The notes: generated by a model not told the origin, from the sequence alone. Counted from the first letter of the whole stretch, positions 1-14,601 are shown. The stretch is 63,593 bases of DNA, filler included, from Octopus bimaculoides (GCF_001194135.2; 6 parts of 6 records of this genome joined end to end with filler, not necessarily neighbours in it); one strand, 5' to 3'. Numbers and translations are program-made.

Positions 1-724
1 ATGTATGTATCTATGTATATATATATATATATGTATGTATCTATATATATATATGTATGTATATATATATATATATATATGTATTTATCTATGTATATAT
101 ATATGTATGTATATATGTATATATATATAAACATAAACAACACTCACCACAACTGTTTGAAACGTGTTGTTTTATTGATGAATAATTGATTGTACATGCA
201 ATGAAATATAAATCCGTGTTTGCTTCGGTGTTTACGTATATGTTCTTCAAAGCTTGTTTTAAACGCGACTGCGATTTCACTGGCCTAGCCCTGGAGTTTT
301 GCTATGTAAGGACCATGTTCAATTGAATCCTGAACTTACAAAGATAAATACATAGATAGATACTATGTATAAGATAATCGACAAACATTACAGAGCGCTC
401 TAGTTTTCTGCTTTTACCAAATCCATCAAACTTACGCTCTACCTATCTGTCTATCTGCTTATACAGACAGCTGCACATATACATATTAATGTCTATCTAT
501 CAACATCCACCACACATATATAAAATAATTGATGCATTCGTCATCAATTAACATAAAAATAAATTCTTGTCGATAGCTTTGCCGCCATATATATAAAAGA
601 AAGTAGGCGTCTTGGAGACTTATTCTATAAGAATGTGTTATCTTTCCAAATATGCAACTGAGTATAATATTGTTAACGAACTTATCCAGGCGGTATTATA
701 TTTCACTATCTATCTATCTCTCTC

Positions 725-769
<45 letters not shown>

Positions 770-1774
770 TCAATCATTAGACTGCGGCCAGCATTGGGCA
801 TCACTCCGAAGAGATTGTATCCAGTACACCTTTTCTAAGCCTGTAATATTCTATTAGTACCCGCGAATGCTAAGTTACGGAGTCAAACACGTCAAGCGTT
901 GTTTGTTACCCACCACATTGGTATGTATCAGGAATGCTCATAGGCCGAACGGTAATCAGTTTATCACGACGATAACAAGGCCCCATATTTAATCCGACTG
1001 CTCGATTGTTCGTCGTATGGGTGCTATTGTAATTCCAAAGTCTAGCATTCTCGCATGATTTCTTGAAGAAAACACATTTCCATGGATTTTCAAAGATTCA
1101 CATGGCAATTAAATAGGTATTTTATATCGTCGAACAAATGAATATTCATAATCGACACAGAAAATATGAGGTTTATGTTACGCTATCTTGCTTATCCATG
1201 TCGACACACAGGCGTGCACTCGCTTATTTATGTTGTTACACAAACAAACACTTAACACTTCACACACACACACACACACACAGACGTGCCAACGGCTGAC
1301 CACTCCAGAAACCCACGTACCTTAACGTAGTTCGGTGGATGCGGTTTAAGGCAATTTAATTCCGAGGTGCTGAATGACTTGTACTATATACAAATTAAAT
1401 ATACAGTCTATGTATGGTTGGATGCAATTTAGAATGTATTGTTAAGTCCATCCATGTCATTTTCTTTCGTGATTGTTACGGTACTGTTAAATTATAGTAT
1501 TATTTTGATTACAATAATGTCATCAAATGAATACTCTCGGAAATATTTTACGTTCTATCTGTAAAGCAAACAAAATATTCAGCGTTTGCAGTTTCACTTT
1601 AAATTCCATCAAATAAACATTTATCCACCGGGATATGTTCATTAGTATTTTAGACATGTAATTCTATCACTACTACAATTTTAAAGGGTATTTGCTGTTC
1701 TCTTTTCAATGAAAAAATATATATATGATTTTTACCGAGGATTTGTGAATTTAGAAGTTCTACTATTAGCTACC

Positions 1775-2062
1775 TGTCAATCCGTCGGTTACTTCGACAA
1801 ATTATCCAGTTGATCCGATCAACAGAACTGCCTGCTCGAGTGATAGTCGTGCAAGCAGCAGAGCGCTCCACAGAAACGAGTGCCCTTAACGTTGGAGATT
1901 CAGCGTGACACAATGTGATACGGCTGGCACTTTGAAATACGAGTAGAATTCAGTTTTGTTAGTTGAATGGACTGGAGCAATCTAAAATAAAGTGTTTTGC
2001 TGCCTGGAATCGAAAGAACAACCTCACGATTATGAGCCGAATATACAAACGACTAACACCCG
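1775..2062 (-). mobile_element. tRNA-derived SINE, family D
   Basis: Minus-strand head GTGAAGGCGCG...TTAGT...TTCGATTCC (B box-like); tail GCAGGCAGTTCTGTTGATCGGATCAACTGGA...GTAACCGACGGA. Confidence 0.55.
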
Positions 2063-2776
2063 CGCCTTCACAAATATCTATCTGTCTGTCTATCTATCTA
2101 TATATCTATCTATCTGTCTGTCTATCTATCTATATATCTGTCTGTCTGTCTGTGTATCTATCTATCTATCTATCTACACACGCACACCCACGTACGTATG
2201 TGATGTGTGACCCCGTATCTGTGTGCGTGTGTGTACATGTGAATAAATGTGAATTTGTATCTATGACTTCAAAGCAAGTACTGGATCCGATACTATCGAT
2301 GAAAACATTTGAAGCAGTGAATTCGTTTAGTCACATATTCAAAGATAGAAAGCATAAGAAGGGAGAAATAGAAAATGCATTCCATATAATATAATTATTT
2401 ACATCTAACGTGGACTAGTTTCCATATACATTCCTCTATCCGCATACATCTCCTTTACAAACTATATATCTTAATTAATAACACGACAATATTTTCGATT
2501 CTTGATTTGTTCTTTTGTTTCAAATTTGGACATAAAGTGATCGTTATCAGGATTAGGAAAAATATATCAAATATATTGCGTATATATTTAATAAACTGAG
2601 CCAATCATAAGACAATGGAAAGAGGCGTGATGATGTGGTTAGGAGTTTCTTTCAAATCACTGTTTCGGATTCATTCTCACCGCGTGAGACGATGAGCAGA
2701 GACGTTCTCCTGTAGTTTCGAGCCGAATAAAACCTTGTGAATGGATTTCGTAGTTAGAAGATGAATGATGTCCATC

Positions 2777-2809
<33 letters not shown>

Positions 2810-2819
2810 CGCACACACA

Positions 2820-2891
<72 letters not shown>

Positions 2892-3019
2892 TATATATAT
2901 TTTTATAATAAAAGGGTAAAATTAATTAAATTCATCAATCAATCAATCAATCAATTAATAATTTTACCAAGTAGCTCGGTACATTAGCTGACTTCTAATC
3001 ATAACCATGGTTATTACAA

Positions 3020-3158
3020 AGTGGTACTTATTTATCAACCCCCAAATCGTGAAAGGTGAAATCGATCTGGGTGGAATTAAAACTGAGGACGAAAAGATGG
3101 ATGAAATGCCGCTAATTATTTTGTTCGCCGCACTAATGACTCTGCCTACTCACTGACT
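3020..3158 (-). mobile_element. Family B SINE fragment, diverged
   Basis: GGTACTTATTTATCAACCCC...GAAAGGTGAAATCGATCTGGGTGGAAT. Confidence 0.55.
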
Positions 3159-3647
3159 TAACTTTTCTAAATATCAATGAGCGATCGTTCATTCGGAAAA
3201 GTTCATTTCTAACTGATAAGTATCTAAATGAACTTCAGAAGTTTGAGATTTTAAAGTTCAATGTAACAGAATATTTTGCTTTATATACCTACATACGTCC
3301 TCCCACGCACAAACGCACACAGACATAATATCTGTGTGTCGGAGTGTGTGTGTGTGTGTGTGTATGATGACACGACCTTGTCACTCAAGTAATGCCTCAG
3401 AATATCGAAGCTTAGTATATTGTGATTAGAGAATGTCCAATTTAGAAGCATTGTAGCGTACTTCACGCTATTTATGAGATCATGCAGTGTGACAAAGTGA
3501 GTCTAGCAAGTTATCTTATACATTGATCAAATCCTTTACCCAGTGATCAATTAGTTAATTGATTAACGAGTTTACGAGTTGAATAAATACCATAAAGGAA
3601 GCAGAATAAGAGCAATACGATGCCAAATTGTATATGGTTTCATATTT

Positions 3648-3857
3648 GTTTAAATTTTGGCACAAGTTCAGCAATTTCGAGGGAAGAGAAGACGGTTACA
3701 TCGACTCCAGTGCTCAACTGGTATTTATTTTATCGACCCAATAGGATGAAAGGCAAAGTCGACTTCGGTAGTATTTGACCTCAGAGCGTAAAGACGGACG
3801 AAATGCCATTAAGCATTTTGCCGGTCGTTCCTTATGTTCGGACTGCCTCACCGCCCT
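3648..3857 (-). mobile_element. Family B SINE, diverged
   Basis: TTTATCGACCC..AGGATGAAAGGCAAAGTCGAC...CTCACCGCCCT. Confidence 0.7.
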
Positions 3858-4699
3858 ATATATGCCATTATATTACAAAATACAGCTACAGATTCTGACC
3901 ACGCTTATCATTCGTGCATTCACAATTATGATACCAAAATATAATAATGATACCGCAATCTATAACATTTTCAAAGATTATTTTCTTTAAGTATGATACA
4001 CAGTTTGCCATTTTCAACTAATACTGCTTCTGTCACTCAGAAATTTTGTTTTTTCTATATTGAGAATCTGTCGGCTAATGGTTTATCGTAGCCCGTTACT
4101 GATGAAGACCGAAGTGGCAGTAACATGTACGAAAAGGAAAAAAATAAATAAAACACAAACAGAACAAAACGTGATCAATCAGATTCTCTACTAACCTTCC
4201 TCCAATTGAACCTGCGCATTAAAGTCGGTCGTAAATTTTCCAAAACTGAAATTTTCTTCGACTTTTATATAGTTGTAACAATTCCCGAACGTGCAAATCA
4301 GAAACGTGTTCGCAGAACCGCATTATGACAATGTCAAGCAACCCATTCCTCTCTGCATGTGTGTGTTTACGTATGTGCATACATATACATAAATACAAAT
4401 GGATACACACACACACACACACACACACACGCACGCATATATGAACAATAGGAGGTCAGAAGATATGGGAGATGAATATATTCATTTAACCACTTGACAT
4501 TCTTAGTGCTACAACTGTTTCGCACCTTCTTCGTGTGGTGATAATTTCAGCGGGGAATAAATTATATTTACACGTTTTCACTAATATTTCTGAAATGCAT
4601 CACACAATACAATTGTATATTCTCAAATGAAGACAAATAATGAACATCCTGGTTACACCAACAATTCGACTTTAAGTATACACACAACATTCAGAGTGT

Positions 4700-5362
4700 T
4701 TGGGTGTCAACTTGAGGACAGTGCAGCCTGAGGACATGCACCACAAGGGATGAAAATCAAGCATCCAATCAACAGCAGGGTGCTTGGAATGATCACTGGT
4801 GATGGCAACGTTATGTCTCCATTCATCTTCCGACACGGCCTCGGACTCCACACGGAGGCCTACATCAAGTGACTGGACGTGGTAGTGCTGCCCTGGTTCA
4901 AGAGGGTCGCTGCTGGGAGACCCTATGTCTAGTAACAGGACTCTGCACCATGCCACATAAGCAAGGGATCCCCTGTCACACAATTTCTGCAACCACATCA
5001 CCCCTAACATCTGACCACCTAACTCCCCAGACAGCAAACTCTGTGATTATCATATTTGGGGTGCAGTTGAGCAAGAGACCAGTAAAACTCCTTGTAACAC
5101 CAGAGACGAACTGAATGAAAGGATTATGGTAGAATTCGCCAACTTAATCAAGGCGACCGTCCAGAAAGGTTGCAGGAGATTACGAAGTCGTCTGGAAGCT
5201 GTAGTTGAAGCCAGTGTCGATTTTATTGAATAAATTTACTCTTTAGAATTTCAAGATATTTTAATGTGATTTTCTAACTTTGGTAAATATATTTGGTAAA
5301 ATTAGATGTCAGTGTTACTTTCATTTTTGCATAATTTAGACAACAGTATATTCACTGCACCC

Positions 5363-5365
<3 letters not shown>
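4700..5365 (+). mobile_element. Tc1/mariner maT (DD37D-like) transposase 3' fragment
   Basis: KHP...GDGNVMSPFIF..GL..HTEAYIK..LPWFKRVAAGRPYV..QDSAPCH...PPNSPD...DYHIWGAVEQET...RLEAVVEA, with stops, followed by a probable 3' TIR region. Confidence 0.85.
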
Positions 5366-5406
<41 letters not shown>

Positions 5407-5543
5407 TAGTTACCAGTGTAGTAAAAATTCACATAAATGTCAAGGATGTTACACCCTACTTATCAAGGTAGAAATTCCAGGGTTTAGTGAAACGATTTTG
5501 AATAACTACGTTTAACTCCATTTCTTTATCTATCTATCTATCT

Positions 5544-5545
<2 letters not shown>

Positions 5546-5582
<37 letters not shown>

Positions 5583-5621
5583 CACAGATATATTTATGTA
5601 TACACGCGCACACACACGCAC

Positions 5622-5714
<93 letters not shown>
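5546..5714. repeat. Head-to-head (TG)n ... (CA)n microsatellite pair; representative of dozens of TA, CA, ATCT and ATGT microsatellites in the window
   Basis: Direct reading. Similar tracts at 709-770, 2776-2890, 8925-9002, 11197-11262, 14895-14985, 16929-16992, 20395-20470, 24770-24847, 60655-60725. Confidence 0.95.
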
Positions 5715-5718
<4 letters not shown>

Positions 5719-5779
5719 TGTCTCTGTTAATATAATGTGGCTAGTTACTCGGACAATGAATGTACGCTATAAAATCGAT

Positions 5780-7290
5780 CCTTTTTTAGCCATTATAGAG
5801 ACAGAAAGGTAGATAACTAACCGCGCAGGATATATATAATCCGTGTTTTACGAATATACTAAATAACGCAAACCAACACTGGAATACGTTAAGATATGTC
5901 TGAGTTTCTCCTCGATATCCAGAAAGATGTATTTTGTAAAATACAGACATGATTTTTTAAAAAATCTCGTTCCTGTTATTCATGCATTTCCTGGAGGTTC
6001 GTAATTTTTTTTAAAGGCATACTTTCTTTCAAGCGATCATACGGACATCATTTTGACCAGTTAGCATATGGTTTTGTCATAGAAAGAAACTTTAGTTTAA
6101 TGTTGTATTTGATGTTCCCGTCCTTACGTTTCCAAACTAATGCCAAAGGTGTTGTAGCATGTCTGTTCTCGGAATGTCTGAAGGCCGAACATCTGTTTCG
6201 CCAGCGCTTAAATTATCCTTTCACAGACCCTTATAATGGTTGGTCTCTGTATGGCCGTTGCCACAGTTTGCCGATACTTGTGCCTCATATAAAACGGAGG
6301 ATATATCACGTAGGTGACCTAGAGGGCATTTAGATTTCTCTCTGCCTATGCATGCAGGACAGGTTCGAGCTAGCATTTGCCTGTTGATGTCGGCCTTTGT
6401 TCATGGTGAAGACCTGAACATGTGACTTTAACCGTTTGCTTATGAAATATTTTGCTATAACTAGGGTGACTGGAAAAGTGATGATTTAATAAGAGTAAGA
6501 CTTCTCTACGTATATTTGCCCTACCGTATAAGAAAAAGCGTTGGGCGAAGCATAAAATATTGCACTACTTATTCATACGTATAGGTGGTTGAGAAGGTGT
6601 AAGGTAACCAAGGTATTTACCAGTGAAGTTAAAAACTTCTGAAGATTTATTATAATATGGGGTTCATTTCAAATATTTTTTAGATGCTTATGAAAAGATT
6701 TGTAGGAATTAGCCTTACGGTCTAAATGAACATCTAAAATGTCTGTCCTAGTTAGGTTATTATCAATAGAAATTCTAAGTCCTAAAGAACTAAAAGTTGG
6801 AATCAACTGTTTTTCGAATGAATCCATAGTGTGAATATTACAGATGTATTCGAGGAATTTTGAATACAGATGGTTTAATTTATATAAACTAACCAAATTG
6901 CATATATCCGCACAATCAAACGAGACCGTTAGAACGTTGAATATTTCACTGGTTTTATTTTCTTCGTTAAAAAAGATCCGTTACTAAATAAGAGTGTTTA
7001 ATGCGTGTTTAATGAGGTTTATTTCTTGCGCATCAATGATTGCAAATTGACGTGCGAACTCCAATGCATCGTGCAGCTGGGTTTAGGATATTGGTTGGTA
7101 GAAATCCATAACAGTGTGAATGGATTTGAACCAAAATATCGCTGAGAAGTGAATGGTCCATAGTAAGAGGCACGAAGATTCCTGAATTTCATTAATATCC
7201 CCTAAAATATTTCTGCTCGTCGAGCATTATTCCGACTTTGCTGGGTTAATTAATTTGCAGTGAAATGTAAGCTTTCTTCTTAGATAGACT
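5780..7290 (-). mobile_element. Decayed Penelope-like retroelement (RT + GIY-YIG endonuclease)
   Basis: Minus-strand translation across stops and frameshifts: CKLINPAKSE...WFKSI...MDFYQPIS...LEFARQF...SFDCADICNLVSLY...GLRISIDNNLTRTDILDVHLD (PLE RT). Then CPLG...VLYEAQV...HYKGL...FRHSENRHATT...VWKRKD...KPYAN (PLE GIY-YIG). Confidence 0.9.
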
Positions 7291-7407
7291 TTCAGTTCAG
7301 GGGATAATTCCGTGTGCTATAATGCAATAAATATCCATCGGTTCAGGGGTATTATTTGTGTTCCATTCAAGTATATATATATATATAGATAGATAGATAG
7401 ATAGATA

Positions 7408-7551
7408 GGCGTAGATGTGGCTGCATGTCAAGAGGTTTGCTTCCCAACCACTTGGTTCCGGGTTCAGTTCCACTGTGCGGAACCTTGTGCAAGTGCTTTC
7501 TTCTGTGGCTTCGACCGACCAAGTCCTTATGAGTGTATTTTGTAAACGTCT

Positions 7552-7597
<46 letters not shown>

Positions 7598-7810
7598 TGT
7601 GTGTGTGTGTCTATGTTACATATATGCATGTGTGTATTTGTTCTCCACCACCGCTTGACAACCGCTCTTGTTTGTTTGTTTACATCCAAGCAACTTAACA
7701 ACACGGCAACAGAGATCTATAGAATAAATATCAAACATGGAAATTCTTTAATGCGGTGACCCAGCATGGCCACAGTCCAGTGGCTGAAACCAGTAAAAGA
7801 TAAAAGATGA
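7408..7810 (+). mobile_element. tRNA-derived SINE, family A (internal microsatellite)
   Basis: Head with GGGTTCAGTTCC B box-like, ..GCAAGTG(C/T)TTTCT..., internal (TA)n/(TG)n, GCTTGACAACCG, tail CCAGCATGGCCACAGT...TGAAAC..GTAAAAGA. Confidence 0.75.
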
Positions 7811-8925
7811 AAATATTTCTAAATAAAACATTTGTAAATTATTAAATCATCCAAAAACCAGTAATACTTCTTTTACATATGTTCTTTTATGGTGCAGCTC
7901 ATATATATTTCAAGCAAAGTTGGATCGGCTCATTTCGAGAAACCAATCCATTTAATTTTTAATCATTTTGTTTTGGTTTGTTGCAATACAAACCTAAACA
8001 ATATAAATACTCGCTGTTGCATTTAATGTTATCCTATTTGCAGTAAATATATTTCTCTGTCTGCCTCATCTAAGCAACTATGAGTATTATACATAAAAAG
8101 AAAAAATATTGTTTGTATGAATAGTGTCTCTGTTTCCAAAGTATATTTTTAGTTAAAGGTATCTGCGGTTATCGAAATCGGATAAGGTAGTTATATCATT
8201 CTGCAGTTTAGGCAATTCATCAAAAATTTACAAAGTTTACATTTTCTTCCTGTGGAGATCTTCCATTAGCATTTTTAGGACACGCTTAAATTTCTATTTT
8301 TGTATAGCAGAATAGATTCAATAGCTTTTCGTTATGGCTCCATTTATTCACTACTATTCAGCTTGATGCTGAACTGTATGCCACTAGTTTCAGACTATAT
8401 GTCTCGTTTCCCTCCCACTCTTACTCCGAAAGCAACTGCAGGTGCCAGCACCGACAATCCTCAGTCAAAATTTCCCATGAAATTTCCTAATTTTATTAAG
8501 CAAATTTAAATATACATTTCAAATTAATCAACTCTAAGCAAGAAATAAATAAGTGAATTTCAACCTCGTTCTGATTGGGTTTTTAATGTGAAATATTTTC
8601 CGCTGTAAAATATGACCTATTATGAAATGTAATTAGGAAGTGTAAGAGGGGAACCTGTCAACTCGCGCGCACGCACGCACACGCACGCACACACACACAC
8701 ATGTGATGAGTCTTGGAATATCATGATCTATACAGAAGATTAATACCTAACTTTATATTATACTCATGCATTTTACTCCTACTCCTCGTGCATTTTAAAC
8801 ATTACATCATTCAAATTTTAAACATCAGTTAAATATATATTTGCTGTACATTGTATTATTCATGGCATATTAAAGATATATAATGGATGAAGTTTATCTA
8901 TCATACAAAAATATGCTTATATGTG

Positions 8926-9004
<79 letters not shown>

Positions 9005-10509
9005 CCTTGTAAACGTGCATAATACATGGGTGTGTTTGTTCTTGCTTTCTCGAAGACAAGATAACAACAAATTGATGTCTTACATTTTATTGTATTTAAT
9101 GCAACTTCATTATTATGTATACATGACCAGATGTACGCCATTGTATTTCGCTGAATTATTTCTGTTCAGTTGCTTAAATATGTTTTCTACATTTGTCGTA
9201 TATCTCTACGTCTTACGACTGCTTGATTCAAGGCAGGGTAACTGCTGTGCTAATGACGTCTATTGAGGCATTATCATGTATTGCCACCTACTTCGTATTT
9301 CCATGAAAAATACAAGTTACTTCTCTCTTATTGACATTTCAGTTTTAGGGAGTTCTTCATTCTTGTATATATCTAATATCCTTATTGTCTGCTGCTCCCA
9401 AGCAAATACAACTGCAATCAAAACTATATTATGCCTTGGTATTTTATATATCGACCTTCACATTTCTTTTCAGAAGTCATACATTGGACACTTCGAATTA
9501 TTTTACTAAGCTACGTGTTCGCCTATATGCATTTGTGTGCGTGTGTGTGTGTGTGCATGTATCTACACATGCCAACGAATGAACCGGTATATGGTGGATT
9601 TGCATGCTAAAAATTATATCATTTCCTCTAATCACACAGGACCACATGAAGAAATGGATGTAAACAATGTATGATATGATCTTAGGTTACGATGAGACTA
9701 CTAGGTTATCGCGACCGAAATACCTTTTCTCATAGGTTACACAATCAAACTTACCATGGGCCTAAGCGATGACATCTTGTGCAAAAGTGATAATTAGATA
9801 TTAAAGTATGGCCTTTCAAATGAAAAGAAGAGGAATTATAATATATAAACTGAATCGTATACAGATATTCTTTATAGATAAATATTAGTGTTCGCAATAC
9901 CTAATTTCATATGCATGGAAGAAACTAATCACCTACAAGTAACAATTTAGTAGCTGTTGTAATGACAGGTTGCATCTGACTTCTCGTAACATCCTGCAGT
10001 AGTAACATAATTGCATAAAGCAATTTCTATACTTTTATATAATTTTAACACGCCTATTACTTTGACTTTTAATTATAACATGTATAAAACAAAGAAGAAA
10101 ATTCCTAAGCAGAATTATGATTTTGAGAAGTTTATACATAATACAGACAAACAGACGTCATGTGCATAATATTAAACAGTAAAATATTGTCAAGATGTAT
10201 TTTAAATTCATGTATTTTATAATTTATTATCGGAATATTGAGTTTAACAATGCATTATCGTCTGAAAACAAATCAAGTAATATGATTCTGATATTTTAGT
10301 CACAGGTTTTTAAAAAAATCTCTTTGTTTTTTTTAAACAATTTACGTAGTCGTTATGGTCATTAATCACAATATTAGACACCTGAATAAGCAGATATACA
10401 ACCATACGTATTATAACTTGGAACATCCAAACTAATTGGAGTGTAACTCTGAACCAAATGTGCCGTACATTTTAAAGAACGAAGAAATGCGTTGCGAAAA
10501 CCTTCAATT

Positions 10510-10549
<40 letters not shown>

Positions 10550-11193
10550 CGCACGTCCGTGCGTGAGTACGTGTGTGTTTGTGTATATTTATGTGTAAAT
10601 TGTATTAGGTTGTAATCCCGAGTTTCAAGTTACAAAATGGAGTCTGTATACAATATTTTAGGACAGAATACCATCAAGGCTTCTACTGGCGAAATTAAAA
10701 TATCAGTCATAATTCCATAACCGGGTATTTATCCTCTGAAGACTTCAATCTGTCTCCCCATTCTGAGAAAGTTATGCATATAGTTACAGAAATTGTATCA
10801 AAAATAGAATATATGAAGTGACTCATAAAAAAAGAATATCACGCAGTTATGCGCTAGATTTAGTAAACTTAAGGAAATTGGTTCGTCGCAGATAATTCCT
10901 CTAAGCATTTTTGACACTGGTACCTTGAATTTGAGATATTACTATTGAAAGTGGCTAGCTTTCACAGATTTGCGTATAAATTAAATTCATTTAGAATTAA
11001 ACATCTATTACTATTTAGAAATGGCTGGTTGATTATTTTTACTCCGCACTGTATCCAGCTAAAGTTAATCACAGATTCCATTCTGTTGTATGAAAATTAT
11101 ATGGTGACAAGTAGAATTTATCAATAAAGCTCTATTATTCGTGGTTCTTGATAAATATATCGAGAACTCTGAGTTTGTGACGAGAAGAGCTGT

Positions 11194-11265
<72 letters not shown>

Positions 11266-12600
11266 CCATATTCATGCCTGTTCAGGCATGACGTTTTCAT
11301 TGCATATAGTTCAATATCTTATTTGGAGCCGAGTGTACTCTACACATGTTTTGAATCATTAAACTGCACCGTAGCTGGGTATCGATTAATTTGGTTATAA
11401 ACATGTTATAAAGTCTGGTAATTAGTGAGGCAAATGTATAGTAATTCATTCATTTCCATCCAGTGAAGTTGTTAATCGTTTATGAATCATCTATGTACCA
11501 CTGTGATGCGTTGGCTCTTTCCACATTTATCTTATTTCTCTATATCTAAGATTAACAGGTTTACATTGTAGAGAGTTGTCTTTCTAATATAGCCATTAAC
11601 AATGGTATTGCTAGACCTGTAGGAAACAAAGGAGAAGATTAAGATCTAATCAGTTCAATTACTACTAGCACAAGTATGTTGGCATCGAATGTACTATCAT
11701 TCTAAAATGCATCTACCGTCAATACATGAATATTCTTATAAACAAGTATAGATCTCAAAATATTGCAAGTTTCATCTAACATAGTAGATCCATTCTTTTC
11801 AACTCTGGCATCATGCATAATAAGCGCTATTATACTTTAAAGAGATAGTATATCACATTATCATAGGGTTAACCAGTGTGCAGAATTTCTAGTGATTTAA
11901 GAGGGTTATTCATAATAATGTATTACTAGTGATTTTGTAACTATAGCATCTAGAAGCGTGAGTTTATGCCTTAAAAACAAAATCATAAGATTTGAGTATG
12001 TATCAGGTGTTAAGAGGACAATTCAGATGGACTAAAGTAAATGATAAAACAAATCTATTCTTGAAGTGTCTGAGATATGTCTCCAAAATCTTCAGCATAA
12101 CTCTGGTAGATTGTTTATGAAATGAATATAAAATGACATAGGAAGAGATAAAATGAGTTTGTAGATAAAAAGCAGAACATATAGAAAAATTTAAGACTAT
12201 TAAGTTTTGGTGATAGGAAACATACACTTACAAAACCAATGAACAATTAGAGGTAGTTTAAGAAGTAGGAGCTGCAAAGCTTTACTTTAAATTATGTAAA
12301 ATGAAGTTTAACATATTGCATTGACAGGTGAACAAAATTAGTTTTTATTGTTTCATGTATGGGAATACTAAATTTAAAGTGTAACATCAATATACAAATT
12401 AGCATGATAACCACATGATAATTGAATATGTTTGAGATCGTTTACTATTCTAAATTTTGTTTCCTTTCCGAAGAAAAGATATAAAAACAATGTTTTATGT
12501 CTTCTTGAAGTTTTTACTTTAAACACGATTATGACTAAAAAATATTTTCTAATGTCCCTTACACAAATTAAAGGTACAATCAATAATGCTGTTTTGTGTA

Positions 12601-12994
12601 GGCACAAGGCCTGAAATTTTGGGGGAGGGAGTAAGTCTATCCCATCAGCCCCACTACTTCACTGGTAATTAATTTATCGACCCCGAAAGGCAAAGTCGAC
12701 CTCGGCAGAATTTGAACGCAGAAAGTAGCTGCAGACGAATTCTGCCAGCTCGCCGCCTTAAATATACTATTAATAATTATTTCTACTCTAGGCACAAGGC
12801 CATGAACATTTTGGGGGAATGGGGCTAGTGGATTACATCGACGCCAGTGCGTAACTGGTACTTATTTAATCGACCCCGAAAAGATAAAAGGCAATGTCGA
12901 CCTCAGCGAAAGTTGAACACACTATGTAGCGACGGGTGAAATACCGCTAAGCACTTCGTCCAGCGTGCTAACGATTCTGCTAGCTCGCCGCCTT
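12601..12994 (-). mobile_element. Two tandem family B SINE copies (12601-12759 internally deleted; 12779-12994)
   Basis: Both end TGC(C/T)AGCTCGCCGCCTT and contain TTTA(T/ATC)CGACCCCGAAA..GGCAA.GTCGACCTC, the reverse complement of 43814-44045. Confidence 0.8.
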
Positions 12995-13884
12995 AAAGGT
13001 ACTATCAATAATGATATTCAACAAGTGTTTGTTGAATCAAAATTTTGAAATTTCAAGACTTCATGCATGCTTCAGGTTTTGTTACAATTCTTTGGTCAGT
13101 TCTTGAAATCGCATTTATTTTTAAAACGTTTCATTTGAAGTTCTATCGCAATGCTGATATGATATTTAACACTTGCATTTAATTTGCAGTTTGATGATTG
13201 ATGCATGAACGAAATCCTCTACGTAACATAGTACTCTTCGTAACAAAGTACAAATAATAACTTAGCTGCTAAGAGATGCATTTGAAAAGAAAGTTATGAA
13301 GTGGACTGATTCATATAGATAGATAGATATAGAGAGAGAGACTGACATACATATAGATGTGTAGATAGCTAGATAGATATATGTGTTTATGTATATAAAT
13401 TCAGAAAAGCATGTATATGTTGTCGTAAAGATTTACTGTGGAAGCAGAGAAAGAGACAGAAAATTAATACTCACGAAGACAAATATTTGGATTCTGACAT
13501 GACTTTCTTCAGTATTTCTTCCTTCTAATTGAATGATTGACGAGATAAGTTTGTCTAATCTTAGTGATTTTAACATCTACAGAAAGTGTGATTTATAGGT
13601 TAAAAGAAACTAACTCAAACTTCTCGTTAGGTTAAATTAAATGGAAAGTTGATTGAAAAAAGATTCCACCTATTAATCAAATATATATTTTTACTGATTA
13701 ATATCCTAGCTCAGCAATTTATCTCGGATATATTGACTGATTTTGGAAAACTTTGAATGTGATACAGCCACGATTTATGCTGTGTGGAAAAAAAATCATA
13801 TTATTCCAGAGGTGTTGAAATATTAATCAATGATATAATAATTTATTAATTTATGCCTCCTTATAGAATATACATAGACTCATT

Positions 13885-14059
13885 GTGTGTAGCGGTGTGG
13901 TAAGTAGCTTGCTTACAATCCACATGATTCCCGATTCAGTCCCACTGCGTGGCACCTTGAGCAAGTGTCTCCTACTATAGCCTCGGGCTGACCAAAGCCT
14001 TGTGAGTAGATTTGGTAGACAGATACTGAAAGAAGCCCGTCATATATATATATATATAT

Positions 14060-14099
<40 letters not shown>

Positions 14100-14293
14100 T
14101 TATGTGTTTGTTTGTCCCCCATCATCGCTTGACAACCGATGCTGGTGTGTTTCCTTCCTCATCACTTAGCAGTTCGAGAAAAAGGCCGATAGAATAAGTA
14201 CTAGGCTTACATGGAATAAGTCTTGGGGTCGATTTGCTCGACTAAAGGCGGTGCTCCAGCATGGCTGCAGTTAAGTGCCTGATACAAAAGAAT
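13885..14293 (+). mobile_element. Family A SINE
   Basis: GTGTGGTAAGTAGCTTGC...TTCAGTCCCACTGCGTGGCACCTTGAGCAAGTGTC...GCTTGACAACCGATGCTGG...GGCGGTGCTCCAGCATGGC. Confidence 0.85.
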
Positions 14294-14556
14294 ATATGTA
14301 TTTATGTATGTGGGGACCGATGTTAGTATCTAATGGCCCCGTCCCCTCAAGTTTGAGAATTTTTGTTCACTCCTGGAAGAATGAATTAATTATTTCAACC
14401 TAAGTGTGCTCGTAGACATTTGAAGAGAATACTTTTAGCAAAAAAAGTTTAAAAAAACTAAATGACATCATTGTAGTTGTCGGTAGATCCCCTTGTAGTT
14501 GCGGGCGGTCCCCCTTAATCTCCTGGCAACAAATATTTTAAGACCCAGTCCGCCTC

Positions 14557-14601
<45 letters not shown>

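Noticed and set aside
4094-4134. CTGATGA-A-GACC-gaagt-GGC-AGTAAC-ATGTA, a hammerhead-like relic with an ACATGT palindrome
   Set aside because: GAAA is missing and stem I is out of register. At best a decayed HHR; not supportable.
11400-12600. CpG-poor unique-looking block with a strong minus-strand acceptor near 11620 and a Gypsy-like KILETYLRHF peptide
   Set aside because: No sustained reading frame or second motif; cannot be called an exon or integrase.
14310-14556. hAT-like MITE with one end CCCAGTCCGCCTCTG
   Set aside because: The other terminus matches poorly and no 8-bp TSD is visible.
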